Source: Halarcobacter sp. (GTDB taxonomy: Bacteria > Campylobacterota > Campylobacteria > Campylobacterales > Arcobacteraceae). From it: a stretch of 64,000 bases of DNA. Shown piece by piece: positions 40,425 through 49,820 of the stretch; positions within the stretch are counted from its first letter, which is position 1, and the number at the start of each line of letters is the position of its first letter. A program made the translations under genes and the position numbers. Below the pieces are notes generated by a model, which was not told the DNA's origin, ran no database searches, and was given only the letters and a program-made list of their open reading frames with translations. The stretch is from contig CP182352.1 in assembly GCA_048571215.1 (NCBI GenBank), positions 2,944,001 to 3,008,000 on the forward strand. The letters run 5' to 3'.

Positions 40425-41228
40425 TTATTCCTCAATTATATTAAATTCTACTCTTCTATTTATTAAAGAATACCCATTTTTATTGTTTTCAACCAATGGT
40501 ATATCCTCTCCATATCCCCTAGCTATAAGTTTATTTTCTGGAATGCCATAAGAGGCTATTAATTCTTTTATTTTTTCTGCTCTTTGCATAGAAACTCTTT
40601 TATTCAAATCATCTGCACCTGCTGCATCTGTATGACCTGCTATTTCTATACTTATATTATTGTGTTTCTTTAAAAGTCTAGCTATTGTGTCAACTGTTTT
40701 TTCACTTTTTCTAAGAATATCAGCACTTGCTCTTTTAAATATTATTGGATTTTTTGCAACGATTTCATTTATCTTAAGCTGTAATTCTTGGGCTTGAATT
40801 GACATATCTTGAATATATTTTTCATTGCCAACTCTAACATACTTTTCTTTATCTAGTTTTACTAAAGGTTCAATCTCTTTTATATCGGGTTTTTTTGACT
40901 CTTGAATTATGGTATCAGATGATTCTGTACCAATACTCTCTTCTTTTGTATCAAACTCTTCTTGAGTCTCTTGTGCATTTTCCTCTTGATTATTCTTCAA
41001 AGCTTCATCAATGGGTTCAGTTGTAAGTTCTGCCTCATGTTTAGCAATATCTTTAACACCAACTTCAGTATTTTGTGTTTCAATTCTTGTTTCATCAACT
41101 ATATTTTCTTTTGTATTTGTTGTTGCTACTTGTTTATCGTATATATCTTGTGCATTAAAATACACGCATGAGATAACTAAAAGAATTAATAATAAAAATA
41201 AAAAGATAACTTTTTTTTCTGCATCCAT
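40425..41228 (-). CDS. OmpA-family peptidoglycan-binding protein
   Basis: IAGHTD, SMQRA, RGYGE, NRRVEF; N-terminal TM helix. Confidence 0.9.
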   Translation of the reverse strand: MDAEKKVIFLFLLLILLVISCVYFNAQDIYDKQVATTNTKENIVDETRIETQNTEVGVKDIAKHEAELTTEPIDEALKNNQEENAQETQEEFDTKEESIGTESSDTIIQESKKPDIKEIEPLVKLDKEKYVRVGNEKYIQDMSIQAQELQLKINEIVAKNPIIFKRASADILRKSEKTVDTIARLLKKHNNISIEIAGHTDAAGADDLNKRVSMQRAEKIKELIASYGIPENKLIARGYGEDIPLVENNKNGYSLINRRVEFNIIEE

Positions 41229-41576
41229 TTTGAAATATACTTTATATAAAATTTATTTACTATAAGGATACCAAAAAAAGATTAACTTTTAGTTAATAGA
41301 AAGACAAAAATAAACTAATTTATTACATTAAAATAGTATATAATAGAATAAATAGGCATTTAAATAATATAATAAAGATATACTGATTAACAATTTTGAA
41401 TTTTCACCTATAGTTATCATGCTATCCCTTATTAAGAAGTATAATAAAATTATATTTATTTCTAATTTCAAAATAGTTACATTTATAACAAAAAAAATTT
41501 ATAAAAAATAGATAGATTAATAGAAGAATAAATTAAAGGAGATGAGTTTTATCCCATCTGCTTACGAATAGCTTTT

Positions 41577-41672
41577 TTATATTCTTGTAATCAAGTAAGT
41601 AAAAAAAGAAGAAAAAAAGTACCCAACTGAAACTACGAAAAAAAGTATTTGACTCTCAAATCTTGCTAACAT
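41577..41672 (-). CDS. Small hydrophobic peptide (31 aa)
   Basis: AAGGAG-6nt-ATG; MLARFESQILFFVVSVGYFFSSFFTYLITRI; upstream TATAAT and downstream hairpin. Confidence 0.55.
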   Translation of the reverse strand: MLARFESQILFFVVSVGYFFSSFFTYLITRI

Positions 41673-41882
41673 AAGAAACTCCTTATTTAAATAAAAGCTT
41701 TTAACATACACATGCCCATATCAAAGATATATTAAATTATACATTTTTTTTTACAATAATGTAAAATCCCATATTGTTTCTTAAATAAAACTTTTAAATA
41801 TCTAAAATCAGGGATTAAAGAGCTTAAACTAGTAAATATCTAGATATTTATCTTAAAGTTTAATATTAATATATTTATATTA

Positions 41883-42350
41883 TCAAATCCAATTTTTATA
41901 AGGGTTTTTCATAAGTTGATTATTGTAATATTTTATATCCCCTGTCACATCTTTTTTTATCCATGGTGGTAAAATAATTGTTTCATTTTCATCTTTTAAC
42001 TCCACCTCTGCGATAATTAAACCTTCATTATCCCCATAAAATATGTCAACTTCCCATAAATGGCTCTCATATGAAATTTCATATCTTGTTTTTTCAATTA
42101 TAGGTTTTGAACAAAGTTTTTCAAGCATCTCGTTTGCCTCTTCTAGAGGTATTTCATATTCAAACTCCAACCTTGTTGCACCTTTATTTTCACCTTTTAT
42201 TGTAAGGAAACCTTTAGCACCTTTAATTCTAAGCCTTACTACAGTATTGTCAGTAGTATTTATATATCCTTGTTTTATATTAATACCATTTTTTAAGTTT
42301 ATTAATTTTTGTTTATCTATTAAGTATTTTCTTTCTATCTCAATACCCAT
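41883..42350 (-). CDS. CYTH domain protein
   Basis: EIERKYL, IKQGY, LTIKG, EFEYEI, WEVDIF, AEVEL. Confidence 0.92.
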   Translation of the reverse strand: MGIEIERKYLIDKQKLINLKNGINIKQGYINTTDNTVVRLRIKGAKGFLTIKGENKGATRLEFEYEIPLEEANEMLEKLCSKPIIEKTRYEISYESHLWEVDIFYGDNEGLIIAEVELKDENETIILPPWIKKDVTGDIKYYNNQLMKNPYKNWI

Positions 42351-42380
42351 AAGGAATATCCTTTTTCTATCTTTTTTAAA

Positions 42381-43007
42381 CTATGCAATAATATCAGTAT
42401 TTTTATCTTTTTCTTGTGAAGTACTATTCTCTTCATACTTACTTTTTGCATTTTGAGAATACTCATTTGAGTTTGACCTTTTTTCTTGAATCTCTTGGGC
42501 AAATTCCTGTTGGGCTTTCATCATAAGTACTCTAGCCTTCGATGCAACAGAGACATCTTGAGGACTAGGATCTGCAGGAGCTAAGGCAGTTGAGATAACC
42601 CCTTGAAGATTTGATATTGACTCTTGGGGAGTTGAACCTGTTTCAATCCGAACAGGAACCTCACCAGCAACAGCATACATAACTCCATCGGGACCTTTTT
42701 CATAAGTAAAAGAAGCCCCACCAGAAGCTGCAGATCCACTTTGATGTGCTGCTTCATGAGCTCTTACCTTAGCATCAGTAACTTGAAGTTTATTAAGTTC
42801 AATTCTTTCTTGCTGTGTTAATTGGGTACTATTTTCATCTTTTTGTTCTTGATTATTCTTAGATTTTGAAGAGGCTTCATCTTTTTCAATACCTCTTGTA
42901 TCTTGCTCTCGCCCCTCTTGATTGGACACAGCTTGTTGTTGAGTACTTGCTCTTGAAAAATAATCGACATTGTAGCCGAAGGTAGAAGTGTAATTTCCTA
43001 TTTCCAT
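42381..43007 (-). CDS. SprA-related (CJM1_0395-like) protein
   Basis: VRAHEAAH, GPDGVMYAVAGEV, ALAPADPSPQD. Confidence 0.8.
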   Translation of the reverse strand: MEIGNYTSTFGYNVDYFSRASTQQQAVSNQEGREQDTRGIEKDEASSKSKNNQEQKDENSTQLTQQERIELNKLQVTDAKVRAHEAAHQSGSAASGGASFTYEKGPDGVMYAVAGEVPVRIETGSTPQESISNLQGVISTALAPADPSPQDVSVASKARVLMMKAQQEFAQEIQEKRSNSNEYSQNAKSKYEENSTSQEKDKNTDIIA

Positions 43008-43070
43008 AATATAAATTTTATAACAACTTGAAAAAAATGTAAATTAATGAAGATCTATTTATTACTATGT

Positions 43071-43544
43071 CTATTTTAATTTGATATTGTGGCTTTTACC
43101 TTTAATAAATGATGTCGTATCATATATCTCTCTTAAAAACAAAAGCAAAGCAACAATTAATGAAATCATAGAAAAAATAAATAAAACTGATATAACAAAA
43201 TGTGAGTCAAAATTCATCAATGAAGTTGCAAAAATGCTTAGGATAACCAAAGCAATCATAAAACCTGTAGTTGTACCAAAAAAGATTGCTCTATTAATAT
43301 TTTGCATACGTCTAACTAGAAACTTTCTTCTTTTTTCTTGGGCAACGCTTATCTTAAAATTTGGATTATCTTGCTCTGCTTTAACTAATGAGTTATCTAA
43401 CTTCTCTAATCTGTCTATAATCCTTGCTAACCTTCCTGTAAAAACATTTAAAAGTCCCGCAACACCAGCAATTAAAAATACCGGCGCAACTGAAACTTGT
43501 ATAAGTTGTGTGATTGTATCTATTGTAGTTTGTTCTTGTATCAT
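43071..43544 (-). CDS. DUF2721 membrane protein
   Basis: IQVSVAPVFLIAGVAGLLNVFTGRLARIIDR; SD precedes the ATG at 43544. Confidence 0.8.
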   Translation of the reverse strand: MIQEQTTIDTITQLIQVSVAPVFLIAGVAGLLNVFTGRLARIIDRLEKLDNSLVKAEQDNPNFKISVAQEKRRKFLVRRMQNINRAIFFGTTTGFMIALVILSIFATSLMNFDSHFVISVLFIFSMISLIVALLLFLREIYDTTSFIKGKSHNIKLK

Positions 43545-43738
43545 TGTTTTCCTTTTGCTTTTTTCTTCTTTTTTAATAAGAAGATACAAGAAAATAAGTA
43601 GCCAAAGTTTTAAAAGTCTTTGTCTTTTTTCGTATTTTAGCATAATTTTCTATACGGTAAGACTCATAAAAAGATTGAATTTTATTCTTTTCAAGAATAT
43701 ATCTTGGAACCTTTAGTTTAGGTTTTAATGCTCTGTAA

Positions 43739-44180
43739 TTAAACTTTAAACCCCATGACTTTTTCTTCTGTTTTTTTTGTATCTTCTAATATTTGTTGTA
43801 AATATTCTAATGCAAGTTTGATATTTTTTGTGTTTTCATATGTTTGTTCTTTATGAACTTTGTTACCTTCTTTTATTTCATTTATCTCTTTTACTAAATT
43901 TTCATAAGATAAAGCAAATTCTCTAATTTTTGTAAATGTTCTCATAATTGCTTTTGTAGTTTCAATTGCAATACCACTATTAACTACTGTAGCTAACATA
44001 TACACACCTTGTTCAGTAAATACAAAAGGTAAAGTTCTAGCTCCTCCCCAACTTGAAGTGCCAATTTGACACCTCAAGATTTCAAACTCTTCCTTTGTCA
44101 GTTGAAACATAAAATCATCATCAAACCGCTCAATATTTCTTTTAACTTGTCGATTTAAATATTTTGTTTCTACACTTTTT
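43739..44180 (-). pseudogene. 5'-truncated ORF6N (KilA-N-like) domain gene
   Basis: VETKYLNRQVKRNIERF..DFMFQLT, FTEQGVYMLATV; the expected N-terminal segment is missing and there is no plausible start. Confidence 0.6.
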
Positions 44181-44339
44181 ATTTTGCAAGTACCTTTATT
44201 ATTCTCAATTTTTTCAAAAATATTTATATGACTTAAGCAGAAGAACACAAAATCAATATTGAACTTATCCGTATTATAGGGATTATACACTATATTTTAA
44301 GTTTTATTTAAGGGAAAATGACGAAAGACATACATAAGA

Positions 44340-45800
44340 TTAATCTCGTGTATAATAAGGCACATATTTAATATGTTTTGTAGATTTGTTACTTGGATCT
44401 GCTGGTTTTATAAAACCTTCTTCAATTGCATCTTTTATAATTTTTGACACTTTTGAATGTTGTCCATCTTTCATACCAAATCTTTTTCTCAACGTTGAGT
44501 TTGTCATATACTCCTGCTTCATATACTGCAAACAACAATGTTGATAAGCGGCTCTTATTCTATCTTTTCTATCCATATCTTCAAATTCTAATGGTGCAAA
44601 TAAAACAACTTTGAAAAAATCACTTTCCTCAATAAATTTTGGTGCAGGCAATTGATATAATTCAATATATTCAATGACTTTATCTATACCAGAGCCTCTT
44701 TCCTCACATATCCCCATCATTCTCATTAAGTATGATAATTTTTCATTTCTAGATTTTGGCTGATAATCAATCAATCTTTTAATATCAATTAGTGGTTTAC
44801 CTGAGTTTGAAATTTCTATTCTATTATCATAAATTTCAATCATAGGATTAACCCCTGATATTGTTAAATCTTGATGGATAAGAGCATTCGCTATTAATTC
44901 ACGTATTGCAATTTCTGGATAGAGAGGAACATCTTTTCTTATTGCATCTTTTATAACCTCATTACGAGGTAATTTATCCATTATATATTTTATTAATCCT
45001 TTAAATCCTGAAGCATAACCTTTTTGTCCCTCTATTTCAAATTCTGTCTGGATTTTACTAGTACCCTTATATTTAATCATTCTAATGGGTTTTCTAGATA
45101 AAGAATGAAAATCAAGAATTTTACGAGCGAATAATAAAGCTCCTAAATTTGTTATATCCAAAAAATCAAAATTCTCTTTTATTAAATTATGTTCTTTTAA
45201 CTTTTCTAAAATATAATTATCATCATTAATAGTTTCATTATAAGGAATATTCATTAGTTTAAAGAAATTTTCATAATCAAGTAAATCAAATATTTGAGTG
45301 TTAGTTGCATGCTTTAATGCAATATCTTCTTCAAAACAATAAGTAGAAAATTTTTGCCATAACTTTCTTTCTTTTTCTGGGTAATCGTGTAACTTTTTCT
45401 TATAACTTCCTACACGTATATATTCAGTCCCTTCAAATTTTACTGGTTCTCTTTGTGCACAATCTATTTCAATCACAGATACGTTTAGACCTTCACAATC
45501 AAAATCTATAAAATTAAAATCTATTTTTGGCTCTAAAAGTCTATGTAGCCAATTCTCTAATTCTTCATTTCCTGTTTTTTGCAATTTTAAATTAACTTTT
45601 GTTCCAATAATTTCCAGACTCTCATCATCTACTCCAAATATTAAATAAGCTTTTTTCATATCATGTAACATAGCAGAATTTGCAAGAGAAGAAATGTATT
45701 GACCTATCATTTTAGGCTTCTCATTATTTACTTTAAATTCCATCCATTCAGTTTCTTTTCCATAATATGAAATTAGTTCTTTTAATATTTTACAATTCAT
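44340..45800 (-). CDS. Schlafen/AlbA_2 + HATPase_c_4 (GHKL-like) + HTH protein
   Basis: EWMEFK..SLAN..LIFGVDD; YPEIAIRELIANALIH, IEISNSG, EERGSGI; C-terminal HTH-like segment. Confidence 0.82.
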   Translation of the reverse strand: MNCKILKELISYYGKETEWMEFKVNNEKPKMIGQYISSLANSAMLHDMKKAYLIFGVDDESLEIIGTKVNLKLQKTGNEELENWLHRLLEPKIDFNFIDFDCEGLNVSVIEIDCAQREPVKFEGTEYIRVGSYKKKLHDYPEKERKLWQKFSTYCFEEDIALKHATNTQIFDLLDYENFFKLMNIPYNETINDDNYILEKLKEHNLIKENFDFLDITNLGALLFARKILDFHSLSRKPIRMIKYKGTSKIQTEFEIEGQKGYASGFKGLIKYIMDKLPRNEVIKDAIRKDVPLYPEIAIRELIANALIHQDLTISGVNPMIEIYDNRIEISNSGKPLIDIKRLIDYQPKSRNEKLSYLMRMMGICEERGSGIDKVIEYIELYQLPAPKFIEESDFFKVVLFAPLEFEDMDRKDRIRAAYQHCCLQYMKQEYMTNSTLRKRFGMKDGQHSKVSKIIKDAIEEGFIKPADPSNKSTKHIKYVPYYTRD

Positions 45801-45922
45801 AGATTCTCCATTTATAATCAACATCATATCAAAATAATAATTTGATAAAAATTTATTATTTATATTTATAATTAAATAAATTATACTTTATTGAGTATAT
45901 ATTTACTTTTAAAAAAGTGAAA

Positions 45923-46199
45923 TTATTCACTTCTTTCTTCAATCTCTTTTCTTGATAGTTCTAATTCCTTATTAAACAATTCCAATTATTTTAATCGTAT
46001 ATATTATTGCAAATAAACTGAATAATGCAAAAATGGGGTTTAAAGTCCCCTAATGCTCTCAAATCCAATTTCTTCGTACTCTCCAAATCAAAAATATTAA
46101 AATACTATATTAAAAGCAAGCCAAAAAATAGCATAATTGCTAAAGCTAATATCCAATTAAAAAATTTAATTTGTTTGAGTTTTTCTTTTCTGAAGCCAT
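45923..46199 (-). pseudogene. Decayed membrane-protein gene resembling the N-terminus of putative phage abortive-infection proteins
   Basis: SD and ATG at 46199; fragments LGDF, TLNPIFALFSLFAIIYTIK and ELELSRKE across frames with stops. Confidence 0.4.
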
Positions 46200-46217
46200 T
46201 TAATTTCTTTCCTATTT

Positions 46218-46337
46218 TTAATAGGTATTTTAGTCAAGGTCAAGGCGGAGGAGTTCTTTAGCGATGGAGCCTACTAGAGTAGGTGACTGAGTTAAAAAAC
46301 TCCTCCAACGCAGAGATTGGTCTAAAAGACCTATTAA
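46218..46337. repeat. ERIC-like 120-bp imperfect palindromic element bounded by TTAA
   Basis: Nested inverted repeats; AAGGCGG, GGAGCCTACTAGAGTAGGTGACTGAG and CCAACGCA blocks. Confidence 0.7.
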
Positions 46338-47353
46338 AAATCGTCGAAGTCGATACTTCCTTTCGAGTAGTTAACCACATTTCCTTCGAAGAAATTCGTT
46401 CTCTGATCATTAAACGACGCATATCCATCTACCCAAGGTATTGGGTGCTTCACATTATACATTGGAGCGTATCCAACTGCATCTAACCTTTTATCTGCAA
46501 GATATTGAATATATTGAGTGATAATAGCGTCTGTAAACCCTAGAATTTGTCCTTGAGTGATATATCCACCCCATGAAGCTTCTAGTTCAACTGCTTTTCT
46601 AAACATCTCTCTAACTTTTAGTTCTAACTCTTTTGTAAATAAATCAGGTCTTTCTTTTCTTGTTGAGTTAATCATATTTTGAAAAAGTAACAAGTGTGTA
46701 ACTTCATCTCTTTGGATAAATCTAATCATTTGTGATGAACCTAACATTTTCCCTGATTTTCCAAGGGCATACATAGCAGCAAATCCTGCATAAAAGTAGA
46801 TCCCCTCCAAGATTTGGTTAGCAAACATTGCTAATACAATCTTTTCATCAGTTATACCACCTGCAAGGTTTTTATAAACACCTGCTATGTAGTCATTTTT
46901 TTCTCTTAGCTTATCATCTGTTTTCCACATATCATAAATAAGGTCTGTATTATCAGAGATTGACTCAACCATAACCGCATAAGATTTCGAGTGGTTAGCC
47001 TCTTCGTATGATTGTCTTGATAAACAAGCATTTATCTCAGGTACTGTTATATATGGGTTAATATTATCCATAAGATTATTTGTTTGTAAAGAATCCATAA
47101 AAATCAATTGAGATAAAACTAAATCATACATCCTTTTTTCAGCTGGAGATAGATATTTATAGTCTTTTGCATCTCCAGTCATCTGAACCTCTTTTGGAAA
47201 CCATGTATTTGCTTCCATAGTATCCCACAGGTTTAATGCCCATTGGTACTTCATTCTTGTGAAGTTAATCATACCATCAGGATTACCACCAAATATTCTT
47301 CTATCGTTTAAGTTCTCTTTTGACTCTGGATTGTAAATTAATTTTCTTGACAT
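46334..47353 (-). CDS. nrdB: Class I ribonucleotide reductase beta subunit
   Basis: [32 protein letters not shown]. Confidence 0.95.
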   Translation of the reverse strand: MSRKLIYNPESKENLNDRRIFGGNPDGMINFTRMKYQWALNLWDTMEANTWFPKEVQMTGDAKDYKYLSPAEKRMYDLVLSQLIFMDSLQTNNLMDNINPYITVPEINACLSRQSYEEANHSKSYAVMVESISDNTDLIYDMWKTDDKLREKNDYIAGVYKNLAGGITDEKIVLAMFANQILEGIYFYAGFAAMYALGKSGKMLGSSQMIRFIQRDEVTHLLLFQNMINSTRKERPDLFTKELELKVREMFRKAVELEASWGGYITQGQILGFTDAIITQYIQYLADKRLDAVGYAPMYNVKHPIPWVDGYASFNDQRTNFFEGNVVNYSKGSIDFDDF

Positions 47354-47409
47354 AGAAACCCTCTATTATTATTTTTTTAACTATTGTTTATGGAAAGGAG
47401 GGTGTCAAA

Positions 47410-49794
47410 TTATTGACAACCTGAACACTCCATACTTCTATCTTCAACATCATTTGAAGCTTCAGGAGACTGACTTCTTAAATAGTAAGTTGATTTAAGT
47501 CCTAGTTTCCAAGCAGTTACATAGATTTCATGAAGATACTTACCACTTGCTTTATCTAAACTCATAAAGATATTTGTACTTTGTCCTTGGTCTATCCACT
47601 TTTGTCTTACTGCTGCTGCTTTTATGATATCTAGTTGATTTACTTCATATGCAGGAGTATAATATGCCCAAGTTTCAGGAGAAAGATTAGGTACCACTAC
47701 AGGGATAAGTCCAGATAAGTTTTCCTCATACCATTTTCTCTTATATACAGGCTCAATAGCTTGCGTTGTACCAACTAAGATAGAGATTGATGAAGTTGGA
47801 GCAATAGCCATTAAGTAACCATTTCTCATACCATCTTTTTTAACTTTTTCTCTTAATTCATCCCAATCATAGCCTGTATCAAATAAGTCTTTATCTACAA
47901 GAGCATTTACAGCTTGAGGTGCATGATCATGAGGCATAATACCATTTGACCAGTTTGAGCCTTCAAAAGTAGGATAAATACCCTTCTCTACAGCCAAATC
48001 AGAGCTTGATTTGATTGCATTATATGAGATAGCTTCCATTATAGAATCTATCTTTTTAAGGTGGTCTGTACTACCCCAAACAAGTTTACTCTCTGCTACC
48101 ATTTGTGATTCACCCATAACACCAAGACCTATAGATCTTGATTTTAGATTTGTAGCTTTTACTTTTCTAAGAGGATAAAAGTTTAAATCAATAACATTAT
48201 CAAGCATTCTAACTGCTGTAGGAACAACTCTTTCTATATCCTCTTTTGTATTTATTCTAGATAGGTTAATAGATGCTAGGTTACAAACGGCTGTATCTCC
48301 ATCTATTTTCTCTTTTTCTACTATAAATACTCTTTTCCCATTGATAGAATCAAGGGCAGTAACTTTATTTGCTCTTTTACCTTGACTACCATCAACTAAG
48401 ATAATATCATCTTCTTCATGGGTTTCTATTGTTCCATCTTCAAACTCTAATTTGATTAGATAATGATTTGGATTTGTATTTTGGAAAATCTCCGTACATA
48501 GGTTTGAAGATCTGATGTGACCCACATGACCATTTGGATTTGCTCTATTTGCATTATCTTTAAAGCAAAGGAAAGGTGATCCTGATTCAAAATATGAAGT
48601 TAAAACTTTTCTCCATAAATCTTTTGCTTTAATTCTCTCTTTTGTTATAGTTTCATCATTTTCATATTCGATATATCTAGCTTTAAACTCATCCCCATGA
48701 AGCTCACTTAAATCTTTTACTTCATATGGGTCAAAAAGTGTCCAGTGGCTATCTTCTATGATTCTTTCCATAAAAAGGTCAGTTATCCAAAGTGCAGGGA
48801 ATAAATCGTGTGCTCTTCTTCTTTCTTCACCTGAGTTCTTTTTTAAATCAATAAAATCAGAGATATCCATATGCCAAGGTTCTAAATAAACTGCGATTGC
48901 ACCTTTTCTAGTACCAAGTTGATCAACTGCAATAGCAATATCATTTGTGATTTTAAGAAAAGGTACTGTACCACCAGCTGCACTTTTATGGTCATCAATA
49001 ACACCACCTAAAGCTCTAATCTGATTCCAGTCCCAACCAATACCACCACCATATTTAGATAATAGTGCCATCTCTTTATACCCATCAAAAATACCTTCAA
49101 TATTATCAGGACTTGAACCAATATAACAAGATGATAACTGGTGTCTGTTTGTTCTAGCATTTGATAAGGTTGGAGTTGCAAGCATAACTTCAAATTTTGA
49201 AACTACATCATAAAACTCTTTTGCTTTTTGTTGACAATTATCTTCATCTTTCGCTAAAAACATTGCTATTGCCATAAACATTTGTTGAGGAAGCTCTATT
49301 GGTACCCCATTTCTGTTTTTTATTAGATATCTATCATAAAGAGTTTTGATTCCGAGATAATTAAACAAATAATCTCTTTTTGGATCAAGATAATCATTTA
49401 GTTCATCTAAATCATATCCCTCTCCAAGGTTAGGGATTAGTCTTCCTGCTTCCTTACCATATTTTAAATAGTCTTTTAGATGACAATATGGTTCCCCTTT
49501 TATACCATGGGTAACTTTCCCTACTCTATGATACAAATCAAATAAGAAAAGTCTTGCAGCTGCAAAGGTCCAATTTGGAACATCAATATCTATCTTTTCA
49601 ACTGCTGTTTTAATAAGCGCATCTTGAATATCTGATGAACTCATTCCATCAACAAATTTGATTTGAGCATCTAGTTCTAGCTCACTTTGAGACACACCAT
49701 CCAAATCTTTAGTAGCTTCAATGGTCATCTTTTGGATTTTAGTTATATCTAAAACCTCTTTTCTACCGTTTCTCTTCTCAATCATTATTGCCAT
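47410..49794 (-). CDS. nrdA: Class I ribonucleotide reductase alpha subunit
   Basis: ATP cone, LSSCY, SNLCTEI, VCNLAS, APTSS, STYYLR, C-terminal CSGC. Confidence 0.96.
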   Translation of the reverse strand: MAIMIEKRNGRKEVLDITKIQKMTIEATKDLDGVSQSELELDAQIKFVDGMSSSDIQDALIKTAVEKIDIDVPNWTFAAARLFLFDLYHRVGKVTHGIKGEPYCHLKDYLKYGKEAGRLIPNLGEGYDLDELNDYLDPKRDYLFNYLGIKTLYDRYLIKNRNGVPIELPQQMFMAIAMFLAKDEDNCQQKAKEFYDVVSKFEVMLATPTLSNARTNRHQLSSCYIGSSPDNIEGIFDGYKEMALLSKYGGGIGWDWNQIRALGGVIDDHKSAAGGTVPFLKITNDIAIAVDQLGTRKGAIAVYLEPWHMDISDFIDLKKNSGEERRRAHDLFPALWITDLFMERIIEDSHWTLFDPYEVKDLSELHGDEFKARYIEYENDETITKERIKAKDLWRKVLTSYFESGSPFLCFKDNANRANPNGHVGHIRSSNLCTEIFQNTNPNHYLIKLEFEDGTIETHEEDDIILVDGSQGKRANKVTALDSINGKRVFIVEKEKIDGDTAVCNLASINLSRINTKEDIERVVPTAVRMLDNVIDLNFYPLRKVKATNLKSRSIGLGVMGESQMVAESKLVWGSTDHLKKIDSIMEAISYNAIKSSSDLAVEKGIYPTFEGSNWSNGIMPHDHAPQAVNALVDKDLFDTGYDWDELREKVKKDGMRNGYLMAIAPTSSISILVGTTQAIEPVYKRKWYEENLSGLIPVVVPNLSPETWAYYTPAYEVNQLDIIKAAAVRQKWIDQGQSTNIFMSLDKASGKYLHEIYVTAWKLGLKSTYYLRSQSPEASNDVEDRSMECSGCQ

Positions 49795-49820
49795 AATATT
49801 GCCTTGTGATTAATTTTTTA

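Noticed and set aside
43081..43716. 211-aa plus-strand ORF
   Set aside because: Antisense shadow of the DUF2721 gene with no recognisable motifs
46025..46486. Two short plus-strand ORFs (78 and 67 aa)
   Set aside because: They overlap the pseudogene remnant, the palindromic element and antisense nrdB, with no protein-like signal
46334..47353. NrdB as an unusual metal-free or Mn/Fe subclass
   Set aside because: The standard D/E/H ligands and the radical Tyr (EEANHSKSY) are all present
48300..48480. ~60-aa insertion in NrdA between NLCTEI and VCNL as a possible intein
   Set aside because: It has no Cys/Ser start or His-Asn end and is too short; as I recall, similar inserts are normal in Campylobacterota NrdA
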